NCBI GenBank assembly: GCA_054600435.1
Contig: BAAIJX010000003.1
Span: 248,001 to 312,000 of the forward strand
DNA: 64,000 nucleotides
Reading direction: 5' to 3'
From: Neophaeotheca triangularis
Lineage: Eukaryota
Position 1 is the stretch's first letter. Each line of letters opens with the position of its first letter. Shown piece by piece: positions 1 through 12,282 of the stretch. The notes beneath the pieces are model-generated. The model was not told where the DNA came from and ran no database searches. It saw only the letters and a list, made by a program, of their open reading frames with translations. The position numbers and the translations under genes were made by a program.

Positions 1-758
1 GTATGGTACGATTCATATCTCTGCATGTCTACAAAGATTTTGAATACAATCATGGATGCCATCAACGAAATGTAGTCAGTCGTTTGCGTAGGTACTGACG
101 TACTGATATCCGTGTACCTACATAATGTTCTAGAAGGGACATTACACAGTAGATGAAGGGAGTCTCAGGTCCTAGGTTAGTACAGCACAAACGAAGGAAG
201 CGGGCCGTGCTCGCCGACCCCGCAAGAGCAGCGGCTTGGCTCGACTTATAGATGGTGTAAGGTAGGTATGTACTTATGGATGGTTCGCGACCGTGGCGGT
301 GACTGTTGTTAATAGTCCATTCAAGCCATTGCCCTCATTTCTGCTGCCTGAAAAACAGATACAGCTAGCTACCTACTCACATAACCTGCTACACACTACT
401 ACCGCCTCCTATACCATCGACATCACTTCCCCTTCCGGACAGGACAGGACAACAAGCGCAGGATCCTCGGCGGCTTGCAAGGACACGACACGACACGACA
501 CGACACGACGTTAAGCTTCAAAGTCACACGGCGGAAACTACGTCAACAGCTCTCCACAAGCAAGACGGGAGTAGTGGGTAGGCATCCCACCTCACACAGC
601 AAAGCCCGTCACCAGTAGTCAAGTAGTAACACCGACTGCAGACGACAGCGCGCCGCGACTCACTACCCATTGTACACCATCTTGTCATACCCCGTCACTA
701 CTTGCACACCCGTCTCCCTTCCTTTCTCTCTCCCTCTCCCTCTCTCTCTCTCCCACCC

Positions 759-2204
759 ATGACGCTACCGTCCGACTATTCCAACGAAATCCGTGCTCTC
801 GACCGCGAAGTCCTCAAACAGAAGCCCACCGACATACTCCAATTCTGCGCGAACCACTTCCTCCGTCGTCTTGAGAGTCAACGCGCCGAGTCGCTGCTCG
901 AACAGCAACATTCCAAAGCCCCCGGCGGTATGGCCGAAAGCACCTTCCCTGGCCAGGGCAACCCCTTTGGCGCCACATCCTCTCAACAATCCAATTCCAA
1001 TTCCGCTTCTTCCACCTCTCACTCTCCCGGTCAACAGCCGACTGCGTTTGGCGGCGGAGGCATGCATTCCGTGGCTGAAGAGGAGGAACATGACTTTCAC
1101 TCTCCCACCGCTTCCTCGTTCCCTCCCAATGTGCGAGGCAACAACAACGGCAGCAGCACCACCTCAGCCCCGAGCGATCCCACAATGAGTAGCAGCGGCG
1201 GTGGGGACAACAGCACCTTTGGCAACTTTGCCTTCACGCCCGCCTCGGGTCTTGAGAAAGCATCTGCCGGCGCAATGGAGACACCGCAGTCGTTTCCAAG
1301 CAACTACAACCTGAATCGCCGCACCTCGGTCTCCGCCGAATCGCTCGCGCCCTCATCGGCCGACGACAGCAACTGGAAAGCACCCAACCACCCCAAAACC
1401 ACCGAGCAAGAAAACCGCCTCCGTCAAGCCGTATCTCACAACTTCCTCTTCTCCCACCTCGACGACGAACAATCGGCTCAAGTGCTAGGCGCGCTGCAAG
1501 AGCGCAAAGTGCCCGCCAAAGACGTCCGTGTCATTGTGCAAGGCGATGCCGGTGATTATTTCTACGTAGTTGAAAGTGGCAACTTCGACATCTACGTCTC
1601 CAAAACGGGCAAAGTCGAGCCAGGAGTCGATGGCATGGGAAGCAAAGTCGCCTCCTCCGGCCCAGGTACCTCTTTTGGCGAGTTGGCCTTGATGTACAAC
1701 GCACCGCGCGCCGCCACCGTCGTCTCCACCGAACCCGGAACCCTCTGGCAACTCGACCGCATCACCTTCCGCCGCATCCTGATGGACTCAGCCTTCCAAC
1801 GCCGCAGGATGTACGAATCCTTCTTAGAAGAAGTCCCCCTGCTCTCCTCCCTCACGCCCTACGAACGCAGCAAAATCGCCGACGCTCTCGAGACGCACAA
1901 GTACCCGGCCGGCAGCACCATCATCCGCGAGGGCGACGTTGGCGACAAGTTCTACATTTTGGAGAGCGGCGAGGCCGAGGCCAGCAAGCGCGGCAGCGCC
2001 GAGGGACAGGCTCTCAAGACTTACAAAAAGGGCGATTACTTTGGCGAGCTCGCGTTGCTGGACGATAAGCCCCGCGCGGCTACTGTTACGAGCTCGACCG
2101 AGGCCAAGGTTGCGACTTTGGGCAAGGATGGCTTCCAGAGACTGCTGGGGCCTGTGGAGAGTATCATGCGCAGGGATGATCCGAGGAATAGTGGTGGGCG
2201 TTGA
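759..2204 (+). CDS. pkaR: cAMP-dependent protein kinase regulatory subunit (intronless)
   Basis: N-terminal RIIa dimerisation-like segment (KPTDILQFCANHF), inhibitor site RRTSVSAES, two cNMP-binding domains with FGELAL...PRAAT motifs. First ATG of ORF 702..2204 is at 759. Confidence 0.96.
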   Translation: MTLPSDYSNEIRALDREVLKQKPTDILQFCANHFLRRLESQRAESLLEQQHSKAPGGMAESTFPGQGNPFGATSSQQSNSNSASSTSHSPGQQPTAFGGGGMHSVAEEEEHDFHSPTASSFPPNVRGNNNGSSTTSAPSDPTMSSSGGGDNSTFGNFAFTPASGLEKASAGAMETPQSFPSNYNLNRRTSVSAESLAPSSADDSNWKAPNHPKTTEQENRLRQAVSHNFLFSHLDDEQSAQVLGALQERKVPAKDVRVIVQGDAGDYFYVVESGNFDIYVSKTGKVEPGVDGMGSKVASSGPGTSFGELALMYNAPRAATVVSTEPGTLWQLDRITFRRILMDSAFQRRRMYESFLEEVPLLSSLTPYERSKIADALETHKYPAGSTIIREGDVGDKFYILESGEAEASKRGSAEGQALKTYKKGDYFGELALLDDKPRAATVTSSTEAKVATLGKDGFQRLLGPVESIMRRDDPRNSGGR

Positions 2205-2855
2205 AGGGGGGGAAAACCGTCAACCGAAGGAACGCGTGAGGAGGAGGAGGAGTAGGAGTAGGAGTAGGAGTAGGAGCAGCTCCGTTGGCTCATTCTTGGC
2301 TCCGGGCGTCTCGTCGTCGTCCTTTCGATTTGTTTCGTTCATTTCCTCAATCCCCTGCTGACCCTTGAAGAAGGTCGTTTACGATAACAGAGGGGGGAGG
2401 GCTGGCATTCTCCTGCTGGCGCGTCTTCACCTACCGCTCTATTCTATCTAGATTCGAATGGGATTCAGTCTCCACTATGATTTTGCGCTTAAGTGGTTTA
2501 TATGATGGTGCCTGGCGTGTTTTTTTTTATTTTGCTCGGGGTTAGGTTGTGTAGGTAGGGCTTTGGGAGGGAGGCTGGCTGTTGGTAAAGGTGGGTTTAG
2601 CGGTCTTTCGAACACGGAGTGAGGTTCTGCTCTGTTCTTGCGCTCGATACGCTTTGCAATGGGCTGCTCTGACTGCGCAAGTTCTGTGGGGACGTTTTCT
2701 TTCTTACGTCTTTTGTACAGATCTTATTGGTACAATCTATGTATGTACATTCGTGATGACATTAGCCCCCCCGGTAGGCGTTCCCAGTGACAAACACCTT
2801 GCAGACCTCCAAAATACCTCTCACATCTTACTGTACAAGTCCCATACCATTTCAG

Positions 2856-3742
2856 CTACCCATTCCTCCCCACCTGCCCCTCCAACTCCCTCAACTTCTC
2901 CACAACCTTCGCCCTCAAAAACGGACTCAGCCCCAATATCCCATCCCGCGTACACATCCTATAAGTCCCACTAGTCTGATACCTACCATTCCCATCGACA
3001 AACCCACCCTGGCCATCCAACTCCAAACTCCCAAAGATATCCTCCGGCCAAGCGACGCGTCCAAAATCCGGCGGACTGCGCTCGTCACTCACATGCACGA
3101 AGCCGCCTCTGCCAGCGCCTCCCATGCCGCCCTGGGCCGAAGCACCACCGGCGCCATCGCCTCCCGCGCCGCCGCCGCCGCCGTAATTCTTGCCCGCGAC
3201 GCTGGCGCCTTGCGATCGCTTCGCCGCCTCGCCTTTTCGTCTCTTGCGGTCTTTTTGCGCTTGCAGTTGCCGTTGTTGCGGGAACAGCACGCCTCCCGAG
3301 CCCAGCGCGCTGCCGGCTTGCGAGGCGTACATGCTTGCTTGCTGTTGCACGTGCGGGTCGTGGGCGGCGTGCTCGGCTAGCACGGTTTGGAGGAGGGAGA
3401 GGAAGGGGGGGTTTTCGGTTAGGGAGTCCGGCGTTGGGGGGATGGTGGGTGTTGTGCCGATGGCGAGGTGTGGGTTTGGGGGCGTGGTCGGGAGGTAGGA
3501 TAGGAGGTGGGTTTGCGGTTGCGTGGGGTGGGGGTGGATGTACTGGGTTTTGGGGGTGGGGTGTTAGTGGTGGTTTGGGGGGGTTCTTTGGTAGAGGGAG
3601 GGGGATGGCTTACGATGTGTTCGTTGTTTGGGAGGGTGGAGAGAGCGCGGCGGAGGGTTTGTGGTGCTGTGCGTGATACGAGGCGGTAGCATTGGAAGGT
3701 GTGGGAGGGTCTTGTGGCCGGGGAGAGGAGTGTTGTTGCCAT
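2856..3742 (-). CDS. Hypothetical protein, probably mitochondrial; exons 3742-3614 and 3542-2856
   Basis: Arg/Ser/Thr-rich presequence-like N-terminus (MATTLLSPATRP...LRRALST). Intron GTAAGC...ACTAAC...CAG (3613-3543) joins ORF 3419..3742 in frame to ORF 2856..3383. Globular-looking C-terminus (HVSDERSPPDFGRVAWPEDIFGS). Confidence 0.8.
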
Positions 3743-4005
3743 GGTTGGTGGATTGTGTAGATGGTATGACGGCGTAACGAAGGAGATTGCCCGTGGGTAT
3801 GTATTTTATGTTTTGAGTTCATCCGTAGTTGAAGCTTTGGATGTCGACTTTCAGTGACTTCAACATGGAATGGACCGGGATGCTGGAGCTTTCCCGATTG
3901 GGTTCCAGTTGGAATTTCGAGTGACGTTTAGTGCTGACAGTCTACGGTCTGATGAGGTGCACGTGGTACACACCTGTCAAGAGGTGAAAAGATCCATGGA
4001 TGTTC

Positions 4006-4013
4006 TAATAATG

Positions 4014-4053
<40 letters not shown>

Positions 4054-4059
4054 TAATAG
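4006..4059. repeat. (ATA)n trinucleotide microsatellite
   Basis: Run of ataataata... with occasional atg interruptions, visible directly. Confidence 0.9.
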
Positions 4060-5013
4060 TCTAGATTAATATTGTACCTCTGAGATGCCTGTTCGGATAC
4101 CTAAGGTACCTACACACCTCCCCTCCTAGAGAACTACGACATTGTGCACGGATGCGGCTCAATCAGTCGAGGTGCATTCTCTCTCCACATGGCACTAAGA
4201 AAATTGACAAGGTTGAAAGTAAGTCAAGAGTGTCTTTGTATGTCGCTGTCTCTGCCTCTGCCTCTGCTGCTGCTGCTGTTGTGTGAGGTGCTCTATGCGG
4301 TGTGTGCGCCCGCTCATTTCACCTCTCCCCCGCCTGGTCCCGCCCTCTCCTCCCAACCCTCCCCTCCCCTCCCCTCCCCTTCCCCCTCCATCCATCCCTC
4401 ATATCCAACCCCATCTGCCTTGGTGAATCTACCTACCTAGCCTAGCCATAAGGTACCTCCTACCTTACCTACCTAAACTACCTACTACTACTAACCTAGC
4501 TACCTACCGGCCTCACATCCCATCCACCACTCCGCTGCCTTCCATCCCCCCTCCCAATCCCCGTGACGTCGAATTGGCCCATAGGCTTACCAGGGCAGCT
4601 TACCTATTCTCACCCAAACTGCACCACCAAAAGCTTGGCGAGCGTCACTGCTACCACAGCAGCTTCATACCTAAGCTTGACCTAAACTTCACTTCCGATA
4701 CCGCTCGCTCCAAGCGCTGCGCGAAACCTGACCTTCACCTTCAACCTCACCCCACCACGTACTTGTACCATTTCCCCAGTCTACATAGTACTTACTACGT
4801 ACTCGCCGACACTTCCGCGCCGATCCTAATCTGCACCTCGACCTTTTTGTACTTCAAGAGAGCAAACGACGCTGCCTGCGCCTACGCCCTCCTCGTACCT
4901 CGCCGTCCATCGCGCTTGCTTGCTACACCCACCGCAAACAGCTGCACGTCTCGACCTCTGACAACCACAAGCTCAAAGCACATACTGGGGTCGGACACGC
5001 CGGCCCTTGATGT

Positions 5014-7692
5014 ATGCCCGCCATGAGCGCCGCGATCGATGACGACGAACTCTCTCTCTCCATCCACAACGCCAATGCCCGTCGCGAGTCCCGCGAAAGT
5101 AGACCCGGTCCATCCACGAACCCAGACAATGGCCTTTCCCCAGCACCGGCTGTGCGCGCACCTTCAAATCAGCCACCACCACAAGCCTCTCGAGCAGTGC
5201 AAAGACTCGGACAGTACAACGTGGTCAAGACGCTGGGTGAAGGCTCTTTTGGCAAGGTCAAGCTGGCCATCCACCAGATCAGTGGACAAAAGGTGGCTCT
5301 GAAGATCATATCGCGCCGCAAGCTCGTCACACGCGACATGGCCGGCCGCATTGAGCGCGAGATCCAATACCTGCAATTGTTGCGGCATCCACACATCATC
5401 AAGCTCTACACGGTCATTACAACGCCTGGGGAGATTATCATGGTGCTGGAGTACGCCGGGGGTGAACTTTTCGATTACATTGTGCAGAATGGAAAAATGG
5501 CTGAAGACAAGGCGCGCAAGTTCTTCCAACAAATAGTATGCGCGGTTGAGTATTGTCACAGGCACAAGATTGTCCACAGAGATTTAAAACCCGAGAACCT
5601 TTTGCTGGACGAGCAACTCAATGTCAAGATTGCCGACTTTGGTTTGAGCAACATCATGACCGATGGCAATTTCCTTAAAACAAGCTGCGGTAGTCCCAAC
5701 TACGCTGCACCCGAAGTCATTAGTGGTAAGCTTTATGCTGGACCCGAGGTGGATGTCTGGAGTTGTGGTGTCATTCTCTACGTCCTGCTGTGTGGGCGAC
5801 TGCCATTCGACGACGAATACATTCCCGCGCTATTCAAGAAGATTGCCCAAGGCAACTATACCATGCCGGCATACTTATCATCAGGAGCCTCAAGGCTGAT
5901 CAAGAAGATGCTGCAAACGAACCCAGTCAACAGGATTTCGGTTGAAGAGATACGGCAAGATCCCTGGTTTCAGAAAGACTTGGCCGAGTACCTTCAGCCA
6001 CCAGTGGAAGAATTCCTTGACACTGGCGTTGTCGATCCTGAGAAGGCAATAGACCCCAAAACGCTGTCTACTAAGAGCACTCCTCTCGCTGTGCAAGAGA
6101 AGCTGCACGAAAGTGTCGTTGGCAAGCTTGGCAAGACTATGGGCTACGGCGCCGACGATGTTCAAGAGGCTCTCGCAAAGGACGAACCCAGCGCCATCAA
6201 AGATGCATACCTGATCGTGCGTGAAAACCAGCTGATGAAAACAAACCCTTCCCTAGCACATGACCAGCCAGAGTTCATGGCGCAATCACCCCCTACTTTC
6301 CAACATTCCCTGCAGTCGCCTCGCTCGCCCACAGCGAAACCGCCAGCATCGCCGATGCCAGGGGTAGACCATCCACGCCACGGTAGCACTGGGTCCTCTT
6401 CCATCATGGAAGCTCGTTCGCCCGTCTCAACCATCGGTATCCTACCATCGTCCCTCCCGGACTATCACACGGCATACATGCATGGTCATATTAACAAGTC
6501 ACAAACCCCTTCAAATGCAGAAGACGGTAGTAATTTGACCGAACCAGGCCGTCCGCGCACCAAAGAAGAGCAAGAAGAGACGGCCAAACGACTGAAACCT
6601 CACAGCAAGAGCTCCGCCAATCTTCATCGCAATGCCGAGAAGCCAGAACCGATGAGCTCGATACCGGAGAAGCAAACCAAGAAACCCCGACCAACGAAAT
6701 GGCAATTCGGTATACGCAGCCGCAACACCCCGGCCGAAGCTATGCTGGCAATTTACAAAGCCCTTCGCAAAATGGGCGCACAATGGGAAGTGTCGCAGAA
6801 GGGGGAAAACCAAGGGAGTGGTGACAGTGCCGACCGTAGTCCAGAACGCCAACAAGGCAGCAGCAGACGCGACGAGCCCAGCCCAGAATACAGCGACTCG
6901 GACCCGGAAGCCGGCACCGATCCCGAATACGCTACGCACGAAGAGCAAGAAAAGCGCCGTCGTAAGCGTGAAGATGAGCGTAATGGCTCCGGCAGCCGAC
7001 CACGAGGCCGCGACCGCCACGGCCGCTGGGACGACTACGGCTACGCCATGCCCGAAGACCCCTGGATCATCAACGCCCGCTTCACCAAAGCTGGCATGTT
7101 CCCACCCGGCATGGCACATCCCTCCTCTACCCACTCCTCCCGCGTCGACCTCCAGCACCCCCGCAGCGAAACCCCCGACAGCGCCGAAGCCGCCGCGCGC
7201 AGACGCTCGTCCACTTACTCGTCCTCGTCGACAGTGATGTCGCAACTCTCCTCCGAGCACGCCGCGGCCACGGGACCCCCGCCCGCCCCCAGCGGCACAA
7301 CAATGTCCACGAACACCTCGACGCACACCTCGTCAGCCAATTTCTGGCCCCGGCCCGAAGACAGCGTCTGGGTCTACGTCACCATCCAACTCTACGCCAT
7401 CGAAAAGGACTTCTTCCTCGTCGATTTCAAGTGCGCGGGCTACGAGCGCTTAGTCCCCAAACATCCACGTCAGAGTAGTAACGCTAGCTCTTCTTTTTCC
7501 GCCCCGGATATGCAGGGTCAGCAGAGGGAGGGTGGTGTGGAGGGGGATGGGGGTGAGGAGGTCTTGGGTCCGGATGGGGAGGTTTTGGTTGGTGAGGGCC
7601 GCAAGGAAGAGGAGAAGGATATTTCGAGCCCGTTTCCGTTTTTGGATGTCGCGAGCCGGTTGATTATTCAGTTGGCTGAGGCGAATGATTAG
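5014..7692 (+). CDS. SNF1: SNF1/AMPK catalytic alpha subunit (intronless)
   Basis: Kinase motifs GEGSFGKV, HRDLKPEN, DFGLSN, activation loop FLKTSCGSPNYAAPE; UBA-like region; C-terminal WQFGIRSR and IQLY...FLVDFKCAGYE typical of fungal Snf1. Confidence 0.97.
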   Translation: MPAMSAAIDDDELSLSIHNANARRESRESRPGPSTNPDNGLSPAPAVRAPSNQPPPQASRAVQRLGQYNVVKTLGEGSFGKVKLAIHQISGQKVALKIISRRKLVTRDMAGRIEREIQYLQLLRHPHIIKLYTVITTPGEIIMVLEYAGGELFDYIVQNGKMAEDKARKFFQQIVCAVEYCHRHKIVHRDLKPENLLLDEQLNVKIADFGLSNIMTDGNFLKTSCGSPNYAAPEVISGKLYAGPEVDVWSCGVILYVLLCGRLPFDDEYIPALFKKIAQGNYTMPAYLSSGASRLIKKMLQTNPVNRISVEEIRQDPWFQKDLAEYLQPPVEEFLDTGVVDPEKAIDPKTLSTKSTPLAVQEKLHESVVGKLGKTMGYGADDVQEALAKDEPSAIKDAYLIVRENQLMKTNPSLAHDQPEFMAQSPPTFQHSLQSPRSPTAKPPASPMPGVDHPRHGSTGSSSIMEARSPVSTIGILPSSLPDYHTAYMHGHINKSQTPSNAEDGSNLTEPGRPRTKEEQEETAKRLKPHSKSSANLHRNAEKPEPMSSIPEKQTKKPRPTKWQFGIRSRNTPAEAMLAIYKALRKMGAQWEVSQKGENQGSGDSADRSPERQQGSSRRDEPSPEYSDSDPEAGTDPEYATHEEQEKRRRKREDERNGSGSRPRGRDRHGRWDDYGYAMPEDPWIINARFTKAGMFPPGMAHPSSTHSSRVDLQHPRSETPDSAEAAARRRSSTYSSSSTVMSQLSSEHAAATGPPPAPSGTTMSTNTSTHTSSANFWPRPEDSVWVYVTIQLYAIEKDFFLVDFKCAGYERLVPKHPRQSSNASSSFSAPDMQGQQREGGVEGDGGEEVLGPDGEVLVGEGRKEEEKDISSPFPFLDVASRLIIQLAEAND

Positions 7693-9214
7693 ATGTGGTT
7701 GGTGAGTGGGCTGGGAGGGGAGGAGGGAAAGGAACGGGGTTCTCGTCTGATGGGCTTTTCCATGAATGCATGCATGCATGGAAGGAAATGGTGTGGTAGG
7801 GTGTTTTCTGTCTAAACGTGGCATGACGTGGCGTGACGTGGCGTGGCATAGTATGGGGGGTAATGGTCTTGCCCCAAACCTCAGCGGAACGAGGGAGGCA
7901 GCCTTCGTGTATCTACGAGATTTTACGTTTCCGAGCAAATGCACCCAAGGCAGCGTGCAGTTCCCGACGCACTTTCAGAGGCAAGCAAGCAAGGCATGCA
8001 TGAATGAATGCATGCTCGAGACCCATCTGTCTCTTTTCCCCACTCCATTCCTCAGGTCGGTTTCATCCAAACGTCACCACCACCATCCATCCGAGTATAT
8101 AGATAGCCAGCCATACGCCCAGAAACCTCCACAGTCAGTCCATCACTTTCACAATAATGGCAGTAAACGCAATCTACCATACCCACACTGGAGATGGAGC
8201 TCTGCCGCGTGGAGGAGGACTCGGACAGCAGCGAGTCGCGACACGCGCGAGCGAGAGACTTTCATTATTATCGTAATTCTAGCTAAATTATTGTTATTGA
8301 GTTTGGATGGTGAAACGTGGAAGAGATGCTTCTGTCCGACTTCATCTCTTTTCTTTTCTTTCTTTTCTTTTCTTTCTTTTCTTTTCTTTCTTTTCTTTTC
8401 CTTCTTTCTTTTCTCTTCTCTTCTCCCTTCCTCCTTCCATTTGGTCGTCAGAGAAGACAGACAACGGCATCGGTCGGGTTCCTTGCTCCTTGGTGATGAT
8501 GATGGTGATTGCTCACACGCAAGGCTCCCGTTTGCCGAGCGGTAGGAGATTTGAGCCGTCGGCACTCTCTACTACGTACGTTACTTACGTTACTTACATT
8601 GCCTAGGTGGGGAAGTACTTGTTCTCGGAGTCGCTTAATTAAAGCGCTGGGGATGTCGGATGCCGGATACAGGTACTACTGATAAAGAGATTAGGCGCCT
8701 ACAGTTGTAAAGGACGGAGTAGTGTCCAGCTTGGCTGGTGGTGGATTCTTATTGGTCAGTGTAGATGGACATATCTCTCTCTCCCGTCTGCTTCCAGCAC
8801 CAGCACCAAGCACCAGCACCAGCACCCTCCCCTCTCCGACGCCTCGTCTAAGTCGAGTCACTAACCTCTTATCTCGCTTCCTTCCTTCCTTCCTTCTTTC
8901 TTTACATCTTCCTTCTTTCTTCACAAACTCCTTCTCCCCCCTCTCCCTCTCACCATGTCTCCTCCGACCACGCGACCCCGCCATTGTCGTCTCACCACAC
9001 CCTGCGCGACTCGAAGCTCGGGAGTGGCTTTTGGACTGCAGCCCAGACGCTGCGGCAGCTAGGAATCCTAGCATGCTCCACGAGAGCTCGGCCAGGTCCA
9101 CGACGTCTGCTGTCCCTGTCTTGTCTTTGAAGAGTTGGCCTATCGAAATACCTACTGCAACTGCACAACAGCTGAGTCTCTACAGACTCGCTCGGCCCTT
9201 GGGTGGGCTGAGCA

Positions 9215-11008
9215 ATGCATCCCGCCATGCTCGAGTCTCGCGCGCTATGGAGCAATGCTCCGCCGGAACCCCGGACCAAATTGGCCAACAACTCTACCCT
9301 GCTCTTCAGCTGGTGGTGCACCGGCTTCAGCGCCGCCATTATTGTCGTTCGCCTGTGTGGTAGGAAGACGAGGAGTGGCCGGCTGTTTACCGAAGACTGG
9401 ATCATGTTCTTCGCCCTCTTGCCGTTGTTCATCAGAATGGCCTTCATACATGTCGTGTTGATATGGGGGACCAATAACATAGACTTGAACACGGACGGTT
9501 TCGAGCTCACGCCTCAAATGGAGTGGGAGAGAAGCATGGGCTCCAAGTTGGTGCTCGGGGCTAGGATCTTCTACGCGCTGTTTATATGGGCGTCCAAGTT
9601 CACCGTCTCCGAATTTCTCAAACGCATTACCATCAGGATCTGGAGACCGAGCTACGAGAAGACTTTACACGGCATCCGCATCTTTCTGGTCGTGACCTTT
9701 GTTGCCGTCGTCTTGGCGACTCTGCTCGAATGCAGGCCTTTTGAACACTACTGGCAGATCACGCCGGATCCGGGGCCGAGATGCCGGCAGAACTTTGTTC
9801 AACTCATCACCATGGGCACTGCGGACATTATTACCGATATCCTGCTCGTCGCTTTTCCCATTCCCATTGTCATGCGCTCCGGTCAATCATTACGGCGCAA
9901 GTTGGGGCTGGCGACTCTCTTTAGTTTAAGCTTGACTTTGATCGGCATCACCGCGACACGAGTACCCCAAGTGATATCGCAACGCGGTCGCCAGCAATAC
10001 CGCACCGTGTGGGCGAGCTGCGAGATTTTGGCTTCCACGGCTGTCTCAAACGCTGTCATTATCGGCGCCTTCTTACGCGACAAGGGTACCAAGAAGAACA
10101 AGTACAAGGCGAACAGTGTCACAGACTCGATAGATCGATCTTCCATGCGCAGACCGACGGCTAGCACGCTCCAAGGCATCGGCTCGGATGAAGATCTCTT
10201 CCGGACTTTAGGCTGCCGCATCCCCGATCATCTGCAAGACGAAGAAAAGAAGGTCGTCCGTCCGGCAGGACAAGCCCCACCACTATTTATGAGCAGTCCG
10301 TTCGCTCCCAACGCAAGCATCTCCGAAGGGCCAAACGCCTCGAACGAAGGCCAACACGTTGAAGACAGCGCTACAGAAAACCACCCAAGCGGCGAAAACT
10401 ACGATCCCCTTTACAGCCCCCGAAAACCCCCCAACGATGAAAACCCTCGCCCCCCAACCCCCGGCATCAAGAAACAAGTCTCCTTCTACGACGTAGGCGG
10501 TCTCCTCGAGCAAACCACCACCCCCTCCCCTTCCACGACCCTCATCACAACCTCCAACCCCTCAACCATCGCCCAAGACTTCGCACCTCTGACCCCGGAG
10601 CATTCGCATTCGCACTCCCACTCGCACTCCCGTCGAGGGTCACGCGCTTTCCTCCCCACCGACTCCGGCGCCCGCTTGACTCCTACGCATAGCCACAGCA
10701 GTTTTGAAAATTACAGACCTTTCCGCAGAGCCTCGCAGGGCACGCTGCCGTCGATCCCGCAGCACCGCAACGCCACGCCATCGGCTAATTTAGGCGCGAC
10801 ACCTGAGGTGCAGCACCCGCGAGCCCCGCTCGAGAATTCTCTTGCGGATGCAAGGGGCTTGCTGTCAGCGTCCCGCGAGCCCGAGACTCCCGGCCGAGTC
10901 ACGGGGGAAGTGGGGCAGACGAGGGGTAGGGAGGGCGCGGTCCCGGGTTGGGAAGACGATGACGGCGGCGTTGCTTTTGAGGATGTTGGGGGCTTGCTCT
11001 CGCGATAA
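9215..11008 (+). CDS. PTH11-like (fungal rhodopsin-domain) multi-pass membrane protein without CFEM, long cytosolic tail
   Basis: About 7 hydrophobic helices, ECRPFEHYWQ loop, ADIITDILLVAFPIP and W..CEILAS motifs characteristic of the family. Start could be 9215 or the next in-frame ATG. Confidence 0.8.
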   Translation: MHPAMLESRALWSNAPPEPRTKLANNSTLLFSWWCTGFSAAIIVVRLCGRKTRSGRLFTEDWIMFFALLPLFIRMAFIHVVLIWGTNNIDLNTDGFELTPQMEWERSMGSKLVLGARIFYALFIWASKFTVSEFLKRITIRIWRPSYEKTLHGIRIFLVVTFVAVVLATLLECRPFEHYWQITPDPGPRCRQNFVQLITMGTADIITDILLVAFPIPIVMRSGQSLRRKLGLATLFSLSLTLIGITATRVPQVISQRGRQQYRTVWASCEILASTAVSNAVIIGAFLRDKGTKKNKYKANSVTDSIDRSSMRRPTASTLQGIGSDEDLFRTLGCRIPDHLQDEEKKVVRPAGQAPPLFMSSPFAPNASISEGPNASNEGQHVEDSATENHPSGENYDPLYSPRKPPNDENPRPPTPGIKKQVSFYDVGGLLEQTTTPSPSTTLITTSNPSTIAQDFAPLTPEHSHSHSHSHSRRGSRAFLPTDSGARLTPTHSHSSFENYRPFRRASQGTLPSIPQHRNATPSANLGATPEVQHPRAPLENSLADARGLLSASREPETPGRVTGEVGQTRGREGAVPGWEDDDGGVAFEDVGGLLSR

Positions 11009-12282
11009 CGATGGGAGCTTGCTTGTTCTCGAAGCGGCGGCGTTCTTTCTTTGTTTTTTCTGGGTGGGTTAATCAATCTTGTTGGGCTCTTTTTTTTCTC
11101 GCGTGTTCGAGCGAGATTTGGTTGGTTTTGGCTTTCGAGATGATGGATTAGATACCCCCGTTTTTTGACATGGATTTGTTTTTTGGTCGTTTTTGGGGTG
11201 GATTAGTAGGAATCTTAGGGTTGAGTGTATTCGGTACGATGGCATTTATGTGAAGATTACCGACGATGGTTTGGCTGGCGTGAGCTGGGTGGGTACAGGT
11301 TCCCTTTTTTGTCTTTTCCTTTTCTTTTCTGGACGTTGGGACGCTCTATCGGGTAATCTGCTTACTTGGTATCCGGAGACTGGTTGTCGATTGCTCATTC
11401 ATTCAGCTTCTTGAGCTTGGTTCTGGTCGGCCGACGTCAAGATATCAGGTGCTTGGTTATTCCGTGCGAGTGGAGACTCACTGTGGACGAAAGTCGCGGC
11501 TCCTCGTGAGGAGGGTAGACTCGGGGCTGTGTCCTGTCTGGGCAACACCTGAATGTACCACACAAATCATATTACTTACATCGACGACACGACGACACCC
11601 TCGAGACACGCATCGACCAAACCCTGTAACGGCTAAACCAGACCTCGAAAAACGAGTCCATCCGTCCCGCCCTTGACACGTTGAGGGCTGTCCCTGAATC
11701 TCGCCAATGGCTTCTGGCTTATTCATCGTGACAAAGCTTCCCTTCCTGAGCTTTGCCGGCAATCGACTCTCGTCGTCGCGGAGCCTTCCTCACTTTGACA
11801 TCTCAACACACCAACGCTTGCACGACCCCACTTGCCAGATCCCGCTGACGCCGGTGCCAACCTTTCCCGCCGGAGCCTTTCCCCGGACGACATGGAATCT
11901 CCCCCCTCGCCCCCCCCCCCTTTGGGATAGCTGGTCGGCCATTCACGCTCTCTCCAAATCTCAAGACTACCCACCCAACCCCCAGCGAAGAAAAAAAGTC
12001 AATGCCGGCTTTTGCCTTGAAGTCCACGGTTCGCACGCCCCGGCCGGCGTTCGCAGACCCTTTCCCCTCTTCTGGCTTCCACTTCCCGCCGCACCCAGTC
12101 GCTCCCCTCTCTCCCCTGGTTTGATCGCTACGTGTCGCGATTCGCCACGATGGGACTTGCTTCGCTCGCACCGGGCGACGGGGGTTCGGTGCTCTAGTGC
12201 TGTGGTTTTGGCTGTCAGCTTGGTTAGGCTGTCGGGTTCGTTTGGCCGCTTTCTTGGGCGGGCTAAGCTATGTACCTGCCCT

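Noticed and set aside
7766..9363. ORFs 7766..8545 and 8722..9363
   Set aside because: Derived from CT-rich low-complexity UTR/promoter sequence (poly-F/S/L translations).
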